Source: Bacillota bacterium (lineage in GTDB: Bacteria > Bacillota > GCA-003054495 > Carboxydocellales > JAJZSN01). From it: DNA of 19,260 nt. The notes beneath the pieces were generated by a model. The model had not been told where the DNA came from. It saw only the letters and a list, made by a program, of their open reading frames with translations, and did no database searches. This document shows positions 1 to 8,079 of the stretch, piece after piece (the first letter of the stretch is position 1; every line of letters starts with the position of its first letter). The translations under genes were made by a program, and so were the position numbers. Where the stretch lies: NCBI GenBank assembly GCA_021849745.1, contig JAJZSN010000063.1, positions 1 to 19,260 of the forward strand. Direction: 5' to 3'.

Positions 1-156
1 ACTGATTGCCTGGCAATAAACGAGTAATGTTTATACAAAGATAAGTCTGCGTGCTCTTGCGTCACACTTATTTGTGCTTGGAAAGGCAATCTACACATAT
101 AATTATGCGGTCACTCCAATGTTGGAGCAGCCCACTCACCTCCCCGTGATTTGTAG

Positions 157-184
157 TTTACTGTTATCCCTATGGCTGTAGAAT
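157..184 (+). promoter_or_regulatory. putative sigma-70-like promoter for the nirK-like gene (-35 TTTACT 157-162, 16-nt spacer, -10 TAGAAT 179-184)
   Basis: Hexamers read directly from the sequence, about 50-80 nt upstream of the candidate start codons. There is no experimental support. Confidence 0.25.
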
Positions 185-231
185 AATAGAAAAATAGCTC
201 AAAGACAACACATTTAATTACGTTTTGTGCC

Positions 232-1272
232 TTGAGCGAAGCGAAAGGAATGGGAATAATTATGCATAAACTCGGCTCAAAACAAATTTTGTTAGACGTC
301 ATGCCCCATGTGGCCCGAAATCCTGTCGATGTTCCTCCTCCCATTACCCGCTCCAAACCAAACAGAGTACATATAGAACTCATTGCCAAAGAAGTTATCG
401 CCGAGGTTGCCCCCGGTAAGAACTTCTTATTCTGGACTTTTGCTCTGCCTGGGGAAAAACCGGCTGTACCCAGCCCTATGATTCGGGTAATGGAAGGGGA
501 CATCGTCGAAGTGACTTTGACCAATGCCATTGAAAGCATAGACCCTCATAACCTGGACTTTCATGCCGTGATGGGCCCGGGGGGCGGGGCCGCCGTCACC
601 AACGTACAGCCCGGCGAGACCAAGACCTTCAGTTTCAAGGCCCTGCGGGCGGGGGCTTATATATACCACTGCGCCGGTGAAGGAATGCCGTGGGAACACG
701 TGGCTCACGGAATGTATGGTCTGATTATGGTAGAGCCCAGAAAGGGTCTCCCCCGGGTGGATAAAGAATTCTATGTAGGACAAAGTGAATGGTATCTATC
801 CCCTGCTGCAAAAAGGGATCCCAAGATAACAGATCCCAAGGTTCGATTCTATGATCTTGATGAAACCAAGGCCTTTGCCGAGCACCCAGACCTTTTTACC
901 CTCAACGGCCACACCCAGGCCCTAACCCATATCTGGCAGAATATGCTGACTCACCAGGGCCAGAAAGCCCGCATCTTCTTTGTCACCGGCGGCCCTAACA
1001 TCGGCTCCAACTTCCACGTTATTGGCCAGATCTTTGACCGGGTTATCCTTGGTTCCCCGGAAACCCCGGTGAAAAATGCGGAGACCATCTACGTGGCCCC
1101 CGGCTCCGCTGCCGTTTTTGAATTAACTACCTTGGTGCCAGGTAAGTATCTCCTTGTTGACCATGCCCTCTGGAGAGTGCCCAAAGGGGCCTTAGGATAC
1201 CTACATGTGGAGAAAACAGGCCCCTGGCCTCATGACATCTACTCCCCGGAAACCACAGAGAGCGGCCATTAA
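232..1272 (+). CDS. nirK: copper-containing nitrite reductase (NirK-type two-domain multicopper oxidase) with no N-terminal signal peptide
   Basis: Long ORF, using the TTG at 232 (alternative ATG starts at 250 or 262). Two motifs match the NirK Cu ligand pattern: HNLDFHA carries His(T1)-x4-His(T2), and IYHCAGEGMPWEHVAHGMYG carries His(T2)-Cys(T1)...His(T1)...Met(T1). A C-terminal cupredoxin domain follows. The first 40 residues (MHKLGSKQILLDVMPHVARNPVDVPPPITRSK) have no hydrophobic h-region and no lipobox. Confidence 0.75.
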   Translation: MSEAKGMGIIMHKLGSKQILLDVMPHVARNPVDVPPPITRSKPNRVHIELIAKEVIAEVAPGKNFLFWTFALPGEKPAVPSPMIRVMEGDIVEVTLTNAIESIDPHNLDFHAVMGPGGGAAVTNVQPGETKTFSFKALRAGAYIYHCAGEGMPWEHVAHGMYGLIMVEPRKGLPRVDKEFYVGQSEWYLSPAAKRDPKITDPKVRFYDLDETKAFAEHPDLFTLNGHTQALTHIWQNMLTHQGQKARIFFVTGGPNIGSNFHVIGQIFDRVILGSPETPVKNAETIYVAPGSAAVFELTTLVPGKYLLVDHALWRVPKGALGYLHVEKTGPWPHDIYSPETTESGH

Positions 1273-1300
1273 ATATAAAAATAAATCTTGAGTTAATTTT

Positions 1301-1467
1301 TATAGCAAAAGGGGATTTGGGGGAGTTAATAAATATAAAAGGCAACCACGGAGAAAAAAGATTTATATAGGCTTTATATACCAAAAGTCTAAGGGCGAAA
1401 GCACCCCATAATGTTTGGCCTATAAACCTCTGTGTTCTCCGTGCGCTCCGTGGTTGCCTTTTATATT
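1301..1467 (+). repeat. MITE-like palindromic intergenic repeat, copy A (terminal inverted repeats AAATATAAAAGGCAACCACGGAG at 1330-1352 and CTCCGTGGTTGCCTTTTATATTT at 1443-1465, followed by a T-run)
   Basis: Collinear with 13171-13345 and reverse-complementary to 15203-15338. There is a perfect 23-bp inverted repeat within this copy. The left terminal repeat carries an 18-bp deletion relative to copy B. Confidence 0.65.
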
Positions 1468-1649
1468 TTTAGTATACACTTTTGGGACAACCCCCTTTTT
1501 TAAGAAAATTTTAAGAACCAGTTTATTTAGGTTTTATATCTACCGACTATACTAAAATCAGACGGCCGCATATCTAACCGAAAGGAGGAATGTATCCCGA
1601 TAATCTCAGCCAAGCAAGAAGTAAATCCCATAAAGAAAGGAGAAAGCGT

Positions 1650-2528
1650 ATGAACAAAGGAAAATTATTAACGGTAGCCGTAATCAGCGGTGTTCTGATG
1701 GCAGGAAGCGCCTTACAGGCTTTAGCCGGCACTTCCGGGTATGAAACTTACAAATCCGCCCTCAAAAACACTAAGGCGGCCCAAAGCCTGACCTCCCAAG
1801 TCAAAGTAACCCTTCAGGATAACGGCAACACCATCTTGTCTGCCGATTCCGTTACCAAGAAAGACCTGGCCAAGGATGCAGCAAGCAACACAGTATCCAT
1901 CAATAGCGATGGCAAAAGCGCCACCTTTGAGATGTTTCAACAGGACGACCAAATGGTCATGAAAAGAAGCGGCGAGGATGTCTATTATCAGGTGGAAAAG
2001 GGGGGCCATAAACAAAGAAAAGCCAAGGCTCATGATGAGGAGCTCCATAAAGACATGGAAAATGTCATCGATGCCTTGACCCAAAACCTGCAAAACCAGA
2101 TTACCATCCAGGAAGGTGAAAAAGGAACTAAGAAAATTGACCTCCAACTCACCGGCACCGAAATCCCCCTGGCAGTTAACGCTGTGGGTTCCATGTTAGT
2201 GAAACACGTACCCCAGGCTCATGAAAAAGCACAAGATATGCCCAAACCTTTTGCCGGAATTAAACCGGAGCTACCCAGACTGAAAGATGCCATTCAAGTC
2301 AAGGAAATCCGGCTGAGCGCCGAGGTCAGCGCCGATAATTATATTGAAGAACATACCGCTACCATCGTTGTATCCGGTAAGGACGCCCAAGGAAACGCCC
2401 ATGACCTCACCTTTAACCTGGAGGCTGATTTATCCGACTTTAACCAAACTACGGTAACCCCTGTGGATATCGCTGGGAAAAAGGTTGAAACTATCTCCAT
2501 GAAGCACGGGAAATTAAAGAAACACTAA
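1650..2528 (+). CDS. secreted protein of unknown function (Sec signal peptide; Lys/Gln-rich)
   Basis: ATG at 1650 is preceded by AAAGGAG with a 7-nt spacer. The N-terminus MNKGKLLTVAVISGVLMAGSALQALA-G is a classic signal peptide with no lipobox Cys. The ORF-track start at 1590 has AGGAGG only 1 nt from its ATG and is disfavoured. This is the first gene of a co-directional five-gene cluster. Confidence 0.6.
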   Translation: MNKGKLLTVAVISGVLMAGSALQALAGTSGYETYKSALKNTKAAQSLTSQVKVTLQDNGNTILSADSVTKKDLAKDAASNTVSINSDGKSATFEMFQQDDQMVMKRSGEDVYYQVEKGGHKQRKAKAHDEELHKDMENVIDALTQNLQNQITIQEGEKGTKKIDLQLTGTEIPLAVNAVGSMLVKHVPQAHEKAQDMPKPFAGIKPELPRLKDAIQVKEIRLSAEVSADNYIEEHTATIVVSGKDAQGNAHDLTFNLEADLSDFNQTTVTPVDIAGKKVETISMKHGKLKKH

Positions 2529-2540
2529 GTAAAACCGAAT

Positions 2541-2590
2541 ACAGATAGAGTTGCACGGGGGTCTCCTTGGTAACTCTATCTGTTTCTCTA
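2541..2590 (+). terminator. perfect 12-bp stem hairpin (ACAGATAGAGTT / AACTCTATCTGT) with a 19-nt loop, followed by TTTCTCT; a possible partial terminator or attenuator between the secreted-protein gene and the ABC genes
   Basis: Inverted repeat 2541-2552 and 2572-2583, read directly. The T-rich tail is 2583-2589. It lies between the stop at 2528 and the ABC start at 2605. Confidence 0.35.
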
Positions 2591-2604
2591 AGGGAGTTGA
2601 AACC

Positions 2605-3339
2605 ATGGAAAAGGTGTTGGAAATCACAGGGTTGACCAAGAAATATAAAAACAGCCGGGGCATCGAAGATATTAACTTGACTGTTTACAAAGGTGATATC
2701 TTTGGCTTTATCGGGCCCAACGGCGCCGGTAAAACCACCACCATGAAATGCATCACCGGACTTTGCCGGCCCGACCGGGGAAATATCAGGATATTCGGAT
2801 ATGATATCAAGGAAAACTTTGAGCCCGCCATGGCAAAGGTGGGGTGTCTGGTAGAAACCGCAGATGCCTATGATTACATGACCGCTTACGAAAATTTGCT
2901 GTTGGTAGCCCGTTATTATCCCCGGCTGGCCGGGAACCGCATCGATGAAGCGCTGGAATTGGTGGATTTGGCCGGGCACAAGAAAGAAAAAGCCGGAACC
3001 TTTTCCTCCGGGATGAAGCAGCGGTTGGCCCTGGCAGCGGCCTTGCTGCCCCAGCCGGGGTTGGTGATTCTGGACGAACCCACCAACGGCCTGGATATCG
3101 ACGGTAAGCTCCAGTTCCATGAACTGATTGTCCGTTTGGCCAAGGAACAGGGGATTACCTTTTTTATCTCCAGCCATTTGATCCATGAAATGGAACGTTT
3201 GTGGAACCGGGTAGCCATAATCTATGACGGTAAGCCGGTGGCTGAAGGACCGGTTCAAGAATTGACCTGGGACCAAACTTTGGAACAATTCTATGTTGAA
3301 CAGACAAAAGCCCTGAAAGGAGGTAAAAAGTATGCATAG
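2605..3339 (+). CDS. ABC transporter ATP-binding protein (ABC-2 subfamily, LanF/BcrA-like)
   Basis: AGGGAG ribosome-binding site 8 nt upstream of the ATG at 2605. Walker A GPNGAGKTT, ABC signature SSGMKQR, Walker B LVILDEPTNGLD and an H-loop SSHL are all present. Confidence 0.85.
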   Translation: MEKVLEITGLTKKYKNSRGIEDINLTVYKGDIFGFIGPNGAGKTTTMKCITGLCRPDRGNIRIFGYDIKENFEPAMAKVGCLVETADAYDYMTAYENLLLVARYYPRLAGNRIDEALELVDLAGHKKEKAGTFSSGMKQRLALAAALLPQPGLVILDEPTNGLDIDGKLQFHELIVRLAKEQGITFFISSHLIHEMERLWNRVAIIYDGKPVAEGPVQELTWDQTLEQFYVEQTKALKGGKKYA

Positions 3340-4078
3340 CCTCTATGCCGGTGTAGTTAACGAGGTACATAAACTTATCAGTCGCCGGGGAACCATCATT
3401 TTTTTAGCAATCATCGCTATTTTTCCCATCATCTCCGGGCTGATATTTTCCCAGCTGCAAAGCCAATCGGGCATTGTAGCTGTGGATACCAACGGTTTTC
3501 CCCTTATTTTATTGGGTATAGCCACCTCCTTCATTCTCCCCTTATTTATTTTTATGGCCGCTGCAGATTCCTTTGCGGGAGAAACCGGGGCCAAAACCTT
3601 AAAACTGACCCTTATTCGTCCCATCAGCCGATTTAAAGTATTTATGGCCAAGGTAATAACCCTAGGGCTTTATATCTCACTGATGCTGACGGTTATCTGG
3701 GTGACTTCATTAATCAGCGGACTCTTCTGGGCTCAAGGATTCTCCTATCAGGGCCTTTACCAGGGAGTCATGGCCTATACCGTCTCCTGGTTGCCCTTGA
3801 TGGTTCTGGCCTTGATGGCGGCAGCTCTCGCCCAGGGCTTTAAAACCGGCAGCGGGGCTTTGACTTTGACCCTTGTGCTTTACCTTCTAATGAAATTGGT
3901 TCCCTTTTTATACCCTAACGGCGCTCCACTATTTCCCGGTTTCTATACCGACTGGTATTTGCATTGGCTTGAAAGTTCATCCTATGATAGACTATATCAA
4001 GGGTTAGTTTACCTCCTTTCCGGCAGTACGCTGTTTTTCACCTTGGGGTATTATGCCTTTAGTCAAAAAGAAATCTGA
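3332..4078 (+). CDS. ABC-2 family transporter permease (six predicted transmembrane helices)
   Basis: Start overlaps the ATPase stop by 8 nt (translational coupling), with AAAGGAGG upstream. The protein is hydrophobic throughout. There is no FtsX-type large extracellular loop, so this is not BceB-like. Confidence 0.7.
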   Translation: MHSLYAGVVNEVHKLISRRGTIIFLAIIAIFPIISGLIFSQLQSQSGIVAVDTNGFPLILLGIATSFILPLFIFMAAADSFAGETGAKTLKLTLIRPISRFKVFMAKVITLGLYISLMLTVIWVTSLISGLFWAQGFSYQGLYQGVMAYTVSWLPLMVLALMAAALAQGFKTGSGALTLTLVLYLLMKLVPFLYPNGAPLFPGFYTDWYLHWLESSSYDRLYQGLVYLLSGSTLFFTLGYYAFSQKEI

Positions 4079-4096
4079 TGACAGCGAGGGGTCAAG

Positions 4097-5563
4097 ATGT
4101 CCATTCGAATTCGCTTAATCCTCTCATATCTGGCGATGGTAATTGTACCGGTAATCTTTTTTATTATGGCTACCTTTTTGTTGGCCATCGCCTTTAGAGG
4201 GGATATTATAGAATTAAAATCCTTGGTCCAGAACCGCTATGCCGGCTACCACCCGGTGACCGGTGATATGAAGCTGTTTATCAGCCTGCAAAAAGAATCA
4301 ATCCTCAACCCTGAGCAATTTCTAGACCGGAAGTTCTTGAAATCAACGGACCAAAGGCTGCATTCTTACAATGCGGCCCTGGTAGTAAGAAAAGGAGAGG
4401 AACTTGTATATCTTTCACCCTCGCAAGGAAATTTAAATGCTGAAGACCTTCCTCCTTTTGGCGCCAATAGCAAACGGGAGCTTGAAAAAATCGGCAAACG
4501 CCTCTTTGCCGTTAAACAGCACGACTTTATATTTTCCGACGGTTCGGAGGGAACCATCTTCCTCCTCCAGGATGCCAGCCCCGTGGTGGAATTTGCCCAT
4601 ACCTTATCCCCCCTATTATTAGGCCTCTTGCTGCTGGGCTTAGTTCTGACCAACGGCTTGTTGACCTATTTCGTATCCCGAAGTATCATCAGGCCCATTG
4701 AATATCTTAAACGGGCTGCGGGGGAGCTTAAAGAAGGCAACCTGGGGTTTCAGGTCAAGGAAACGGGTAAGGATGAAATCGGGCAGTTAGGCCAGGCTTT
4801 CGAAGAAATGCGGGTTAAATTAAAGGAATCCATAGATCTGCAGTTACACTACGAAGAAAACCGCAAGGAACTCATCTCCAGCATCTCCCACGATCTGCAG
4901 ACCCCCATCGCCGCCATCAAAGGTTATGTTGAGGGGATTCAGGACGGGGTGGCCAATTCGCCGGAGAAAATGGATCGGTATATCAAAACTATTTATGCCA
5001 AAGCTAATGACATGGAAAAATTAATTGACGAACTTTTCTTGTATTCTAAGCTTGATTTAAAACGTCTGCCCTTTAACTTTGAACAGGTTGATACCCATAG
5101 CTATTTCCAAGATTATATTGAAGAACTTCGCTTTGACCTGGAAAAGGGTGGGGTTGAACTTTCTTTCCGCCAAGAAGGAAATATCTCTCCCCTAATCACC
5201 GTAGACCGGGAGAAGTTAAAAAGGGTTCTCACCAATATTGTTGATAATTCTTTGAAGTATATAGATAAACCGGAGAAACGCATCGCCATCACTTTGACCG
5301 GGACAAACCAGGAACTTACGGTGGGAATTCGGGATAACGGGCCAGGGATACCCCCTGAAGACCTTCCTTTCATCTTTGACCGTTTTTACCGGGTTGACCA
5401 GTCCAGAAATACCGCCACCGGCGGCAGCGGCCTTGGTTTGGCCATCGCCAAAAGGATTGTGGAAGAACACGGCGGAACCATTTGGGCCGAAAGCCAACCA
5501 GGCGAAGGTACGAGCATCTATTTTTCCCTGAAAAACCTTAATAAAGAAGGTGTTGTCCAATGA
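4097..5563 (+). CDS. sensor histidine kinase (two transmembrane helices, roughly 135-aa extracytoplasmic loop, HAMP, HisKA, HATPase_c)
   Basis: Transmembrane helices at about residues 10-33 and 170-190. H-box SHDLQTPIAAIKGYVEG, N-box and G-boxes (DNGPGIP, GGSGLGLAI). GAGGGG ribosome-binding site. Confidence 0.85.
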   Translation: MSIRIRLILSYLAMVIVPVIFFIMATFLLAIAFRGDIIELKSLVQNRYAGYHPVTGDMKLFISLQKESILNPEQFLDRKFLKSTDQRLHSYNAALVVRKGEELVYLSPSQGNLNAEDLPPFGANSKRELEKIGKRLFAVKQHDFIFSDGSEGTIFLLQDASPVVEFAHTLSPLLLGLLLLGLVLTNGLLTYFVSRSIIRPIEYLKRAAGELKEGNLGFQVKETGKDEIGQLGQAFEEMRVKLKESIDLQLHYEENRKELISSISHDLQTPIAAIKGYVEGIQDGVANSPEKMDRYIKTIYAKANDMEKLIDELFLYSKLDLKRLPFNFEQVDTHSYFQDYIEELRFDLEKGGVELSFRQEGNISPLITVDREKLKRVLTNIVDNSLKYIDKPEKRIAITLTGTNQELTVGIRDNGPGIPPEDLPFIFDRFYRVDQSRNTATGGSGLGLAIAKRIVEEHGGTIWAESQPGEGTSIYFSLKNLNKEGVVQ

Positions 5564-6249
5564 AAAAAATTCTTATCGTAGAAGATGAAACCAGTCTGGC
5601 CGAGTTGGAGCGGGATTATCTCGAAGCCAACGGCTTTGCGGTGGATATCGCCTCCAGAGGCGACGAGGGCCTCAAAATGGCCGTGACCGGGGATTATGAC
5701 CTAATCCTGCTGGATATCATGCTGCCCAAAGTCAACGGCTTCGAGATCTGCAAACAAATCCGCAGTGTGAAAGAAATCCCCGTCCTGATGGTATCAGCCA
5801 AAAAGGAAGATGTGGATAAAATCCGGGGCCTCGGCCTGGGGGCCGATGATTATATCGTCAAGCCCTTCAGCCCTGGGGAACTGGTGGCCCGGGTCAAGGC
5901 CCACCTTGCCAGGTATGAACGGCTGGCCGGAAACCAAAAGGAGAAAAGGGAAGAGCTTCAGATCCGCGGCCTTCTCATTGACCGCGCTTCAAGAAGGGTC
6001 TATGTCAATAATAAAGAAGTGGTGTTCACCACTAAGGAATTTGATCTGTTGACTTACCTGGCCTTGAACCCCAACCGAGTTTTCAGTAAGGAGCAGTTGT
6101 TTGAAAGGATTTGGAGCCTTGATTCCATGGGGGATATCGCTACCGTGACAGTGCATATCCGTAAAATCAGGGAAAAGATTGAGGCAGATCCCTCTAACCC
6201 CCAATATGTTGAAACCGTCTGGGGGGCAGGGTACCGTTTTAAAGGTTAA
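5560..6249 (+). CDS. OmpR/PhoB-family response regulator
   Basis: ATGA overlap with the kinase stop. Receiver motifs are IVEDE, phospho-acceptor LLDIMLP and Lys in VKPF. The C-terminal winged helix ends TVWGAGYRF. Confidence 0.9.
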   Translation: MKKILIVEDETSLAELERDYLEANGFAVDIASRGDEGLKMAVTGDYDLILLDIMLPKVNGFEICKQIRSVKEIPVLMVSAKKEDVDKIRGLGLGADDYIVKPFSPGELVARVKAHLARYERLAGNQKEKREELQIRGLLIDRASRRVYVNNKEVVFTTKEFDLLTYLALNPNRVFSKEQLFERIWSLDSMGDIATVTVHIRKIREKIEADPSNPQYVETVWGAGYRFKG

Positions 6250-6250
6250 A

Positions 6251-6288
6251 GGGGTGTCCCAAAGTCATTTTGGGGCACCCCTTTTATC
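6251..6288. terminator. bidirectional Rho-independent-type terminator between the convergent regulator gene (+) and the reductase gene (-)
   Basis: GGGGTGTCCCAAA / TTTGGGGCACCCC stem with one mismatch and a GTCA loop, followed by TTTTATC on the plus strand. Confidence 0.5.
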
Positions 6289-6976
6289 TAGCGTTTATAA
6301 ATTGTTCCTTGGCTTTAATCATTGCGGTTACAACCTCGTTAACGGGCAATCTGAGGTTATATTTTCTCCCCAGTTGAACCACGGCCCCGTTCAAGGCGTC
6401 GATTTCCGTCCTCCGGCCTTTTTGGATATCCTGGAGCATGGAGGCATGGTGAGCGGCGGTGGTAGGCACCATTTTCCCATAAAAATCCCGTAAATAAGTC
6501 GGCGCATCGGGCCATAAAGTTTCCTGGCCGGAAACAGCTAACAGCTCAAATATCTCGGTAATGATGCTTTCCAGTAAAAGCCGGGTGTGTTCGACCTCCG
6601 CCAGTTTTCCGTAGTTTACTCCAAAGAGGGCGCCCAGGGGGTTCAGGGCGGAATTGCCGTAGCCATTTTGCAGCAGTACCACATAAGTGGAGGGCGTAAT
6701 CAGGTGGCTGATTTCTTGGGCCATCTTCCCGGTGTCGAAGGACTTAACCGTCAGGAGGATAAGGTCAAAGACCTTCTCCAGCGAGGTAAGATCTGAGACT
6801 ACTTCATCCAATTTGGTCTCATGGTCACCCCATATTCCCGTAATGGAAACCCCTTGGTTTTGAATTACTTCAACCATGGGTTCCCGCACCAAAGCCGCAA
6901 CCCGGTGGCCTTTGTTTTTCAAGAGACAGGAATACACCGACCCCAAAGCCCCGAGTCCGATAACCAATACCTTCAT
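6284..6976 (-). CDS. 2-dehydropantoate 2-reductase (ApbA/PanE) family oxidoreductase, short 230-aa form
   Basis: N-terminal Rossmann motif MKVLVIGLGALGSVY. The C-terminal ApbA_C-like segment reads AAHHASMLQDIQKGRRTEIDALNGAVV. GAGGGA ribosome-binding site 7 nt upstream. It is about 70 aa shorter than canonical PanE. Confidence 0.55.
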   Translation of the reverse strand: MKVLVIGLGALGSVYSCLLKNKGHRVAALVREPMVEVIQNQGVSITGIWGDHETKLDEVVSDLTSLEKVFDLILLTVKSFDTGKMAQEISHLITPSTYVVLLQNGYGNSALNPLGALFGVNYGKLAEVEHTRLLLESIITEIFELLAVSGQETLWPDAPTYLRDFYGKMVPTTAAHHASMLQDIQKGRRTEIDALNGAVVQLGRKYNLRLPVNEVVTAMIKAKEQFINAR

Positions 6977-7007
6977 TTTTGGGTCCCTCGTTTCTGTGAG
7001 TCTTTTT

Positions 7008-7046
7008 AAATGAGCCTCTTCTTAAGGTTGAGCAGGAGGCTCATTT
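7008..7046 (-). terminator. 11-bp perfect inverted repeat (AAATGAGCCTC / GAGGCTCATTT) with a 17-nt loop, downstream of the minus-strand cassette
   Basis: Read directly from the sequence. No clean U-run follows on either strand, so terminator function is uncertain. Confidence 0.25.
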
Positions 7047-7050
7047 CTGC

Positions 7051-8001
7051 CTAACCGCAGGCCGAACAATCAGCGCAAGAAGAGCATGAGTTGGTGGATT
7101 TGAAAAGAACTGGCTGTACGGTAAATTTACATTCCAGCAAATTACATGAGTTTTCAGGGTTGTTATCAAAGCAGAATCGGCCACCATTAAATTGTATGGT
7201 TAATGGAACAATATCCCTGGCATCCGGGTTGAACATATTAGCCTTAAAACCAGGTTGATATATTCGTTCCTTACCGGTTTGGTCTACCACTTTAACCTGA
7301 TGGGTAGTGGTAACAATTTGCTCAATTTTCCCGTCTTGGGTAAAGCTTAATGAGTTACTATCCCCATGAAGGCCCAAAGCGCTGTTATCATAAGCGCTGA
7401 TGGTTCCGATAGGAGTCTTCACAGGCAGCGGTTTGGCCGGTTCCAAGGATTTTAAGCTGCCGTCAGGATGAAGGGCTATTCCTATCCGAACTTCCGCCGT
7501 CCCGGCCGGGGAGTTAACGGTGACCCTGTCTTTGGGCCAGAAGGTAATGCTTTTCACCCCTCCGCTTTGGTAAAAACGGACACTGATAACCTTCTTTTTA
7601 AATTGGCCGAAGGGGAATGAAAATTCTATCTCCGGGGCCAGTTCATATTCGTCTTCCTCCGTCCAGTAGCCGGATATTTTGCCGTCTAAGGGGAAGATGG
7701 CTTTAATGCTGCCATCTTCATGAAAAGTGATGTACTCAGCCGTGAGAGACCCCAGGGAAGTTTGGAATTCAACCGGGTTCTGGAGGGAGATGCTTTTTAG
7801 GATGCCGTTTTCATAAAAAGATACCGGCTTTAAATTCTTACGCCTGATGCCGTCATCCTCGTATTGTGGTATAAGCCGGCCAAAGGGAGTTTTTAACACA
7901 TTCTCCTGGGTTAAGATACAATCCTTAACACTGCCGTCAGGATAGTGGCTTAAATAAGAAATCCCCTTTAAGATACCGTATTTAGTGGTTACTTTATCCA
8001 T
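7051..8001 (-). CDS. MORN-variant (YwqK-like) repeat protein with a cysteine-rich C-terminal tail
   Basis: Six repeats of the F/Y-x-(D/N)-G-S-(I/L/V)-K-S type at about 40-aa spacing (YPDGSVKD, YENGILKS, HEDGSIKA, YQSGGVKS, HPDGSLKS, TQDGKIEQ). The last 35 aa hold 7 Cys (NSCNLLEC...NSCSSCADCSACG). GAAGGGGA ribosome-binding site. Confidence 0.55.
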   Translation of the reverse strand: MDKVTTKYGILKGISYLSHYPDGSVKDCILTQENVLKTPFGRLIPQYEDDGIRRKNLKPVSFYENGILKSISLQNPVEFQTSLGSLTAEYITFHEDGSIKAIFPLDGKISGYWTEEDEYELAPEIEFSFPFGQFKKKVISVRFYQSGGVKSITFWPKDRVTVNSPAGTAEVRIGIALHPDGSLKSLEPAKPLPVKTPIGTISAYDNSALGLHGDSNSLSFTQDGKIEQIVTTTHQVKVVDQTGKERIYQPGFKANMFNPDARDIVPLTIQFNGGRFCFDNNPENSCNLLECKFTVQPVLFKSTNSCSSCADCSACG

Positions 8002-8079
8002 GATTAATCCCCTTCTTGTTACAGATTTTTCGTCGCTGAAATAATACCCGGTTTAGGGGTTAGTAACCACATTGTTACG

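Noticed and set aside
111-783. Minus-strand ORFs 111-539 and 427-783 overlapping the nirK-like gene
   Set aside because: They lie antisense to and entirely within a well-supported coding frame that has conserved Cu-ligand motifs. They have no ribosome-binding site and their composition looks like low-complexity Gly/Ser-rich mirror-frame artefact.
1590-1649. Upstream start at 1590 for the secreted protein (adds MYPDNLSQARSKSHKERRKR)
   Set aside because: AGGAGG ends only 1 nt before that ATG. The ATG at 1650 has a properly spaced AAAGGAG site and starts a textbook signal peptide.
2491-3370. Minus-strand ORFs 2491-3288, 2916-3218 and 3164-3370 opposite the ABC ATPase gene
   Set aside because: They overlap antisense to a gene with unambiguous Walker A, Walker B and signature motifs, have no ribosome-binding site, and their sequence is Gly/Pro-rich, typical of a reverse-frame artefact.
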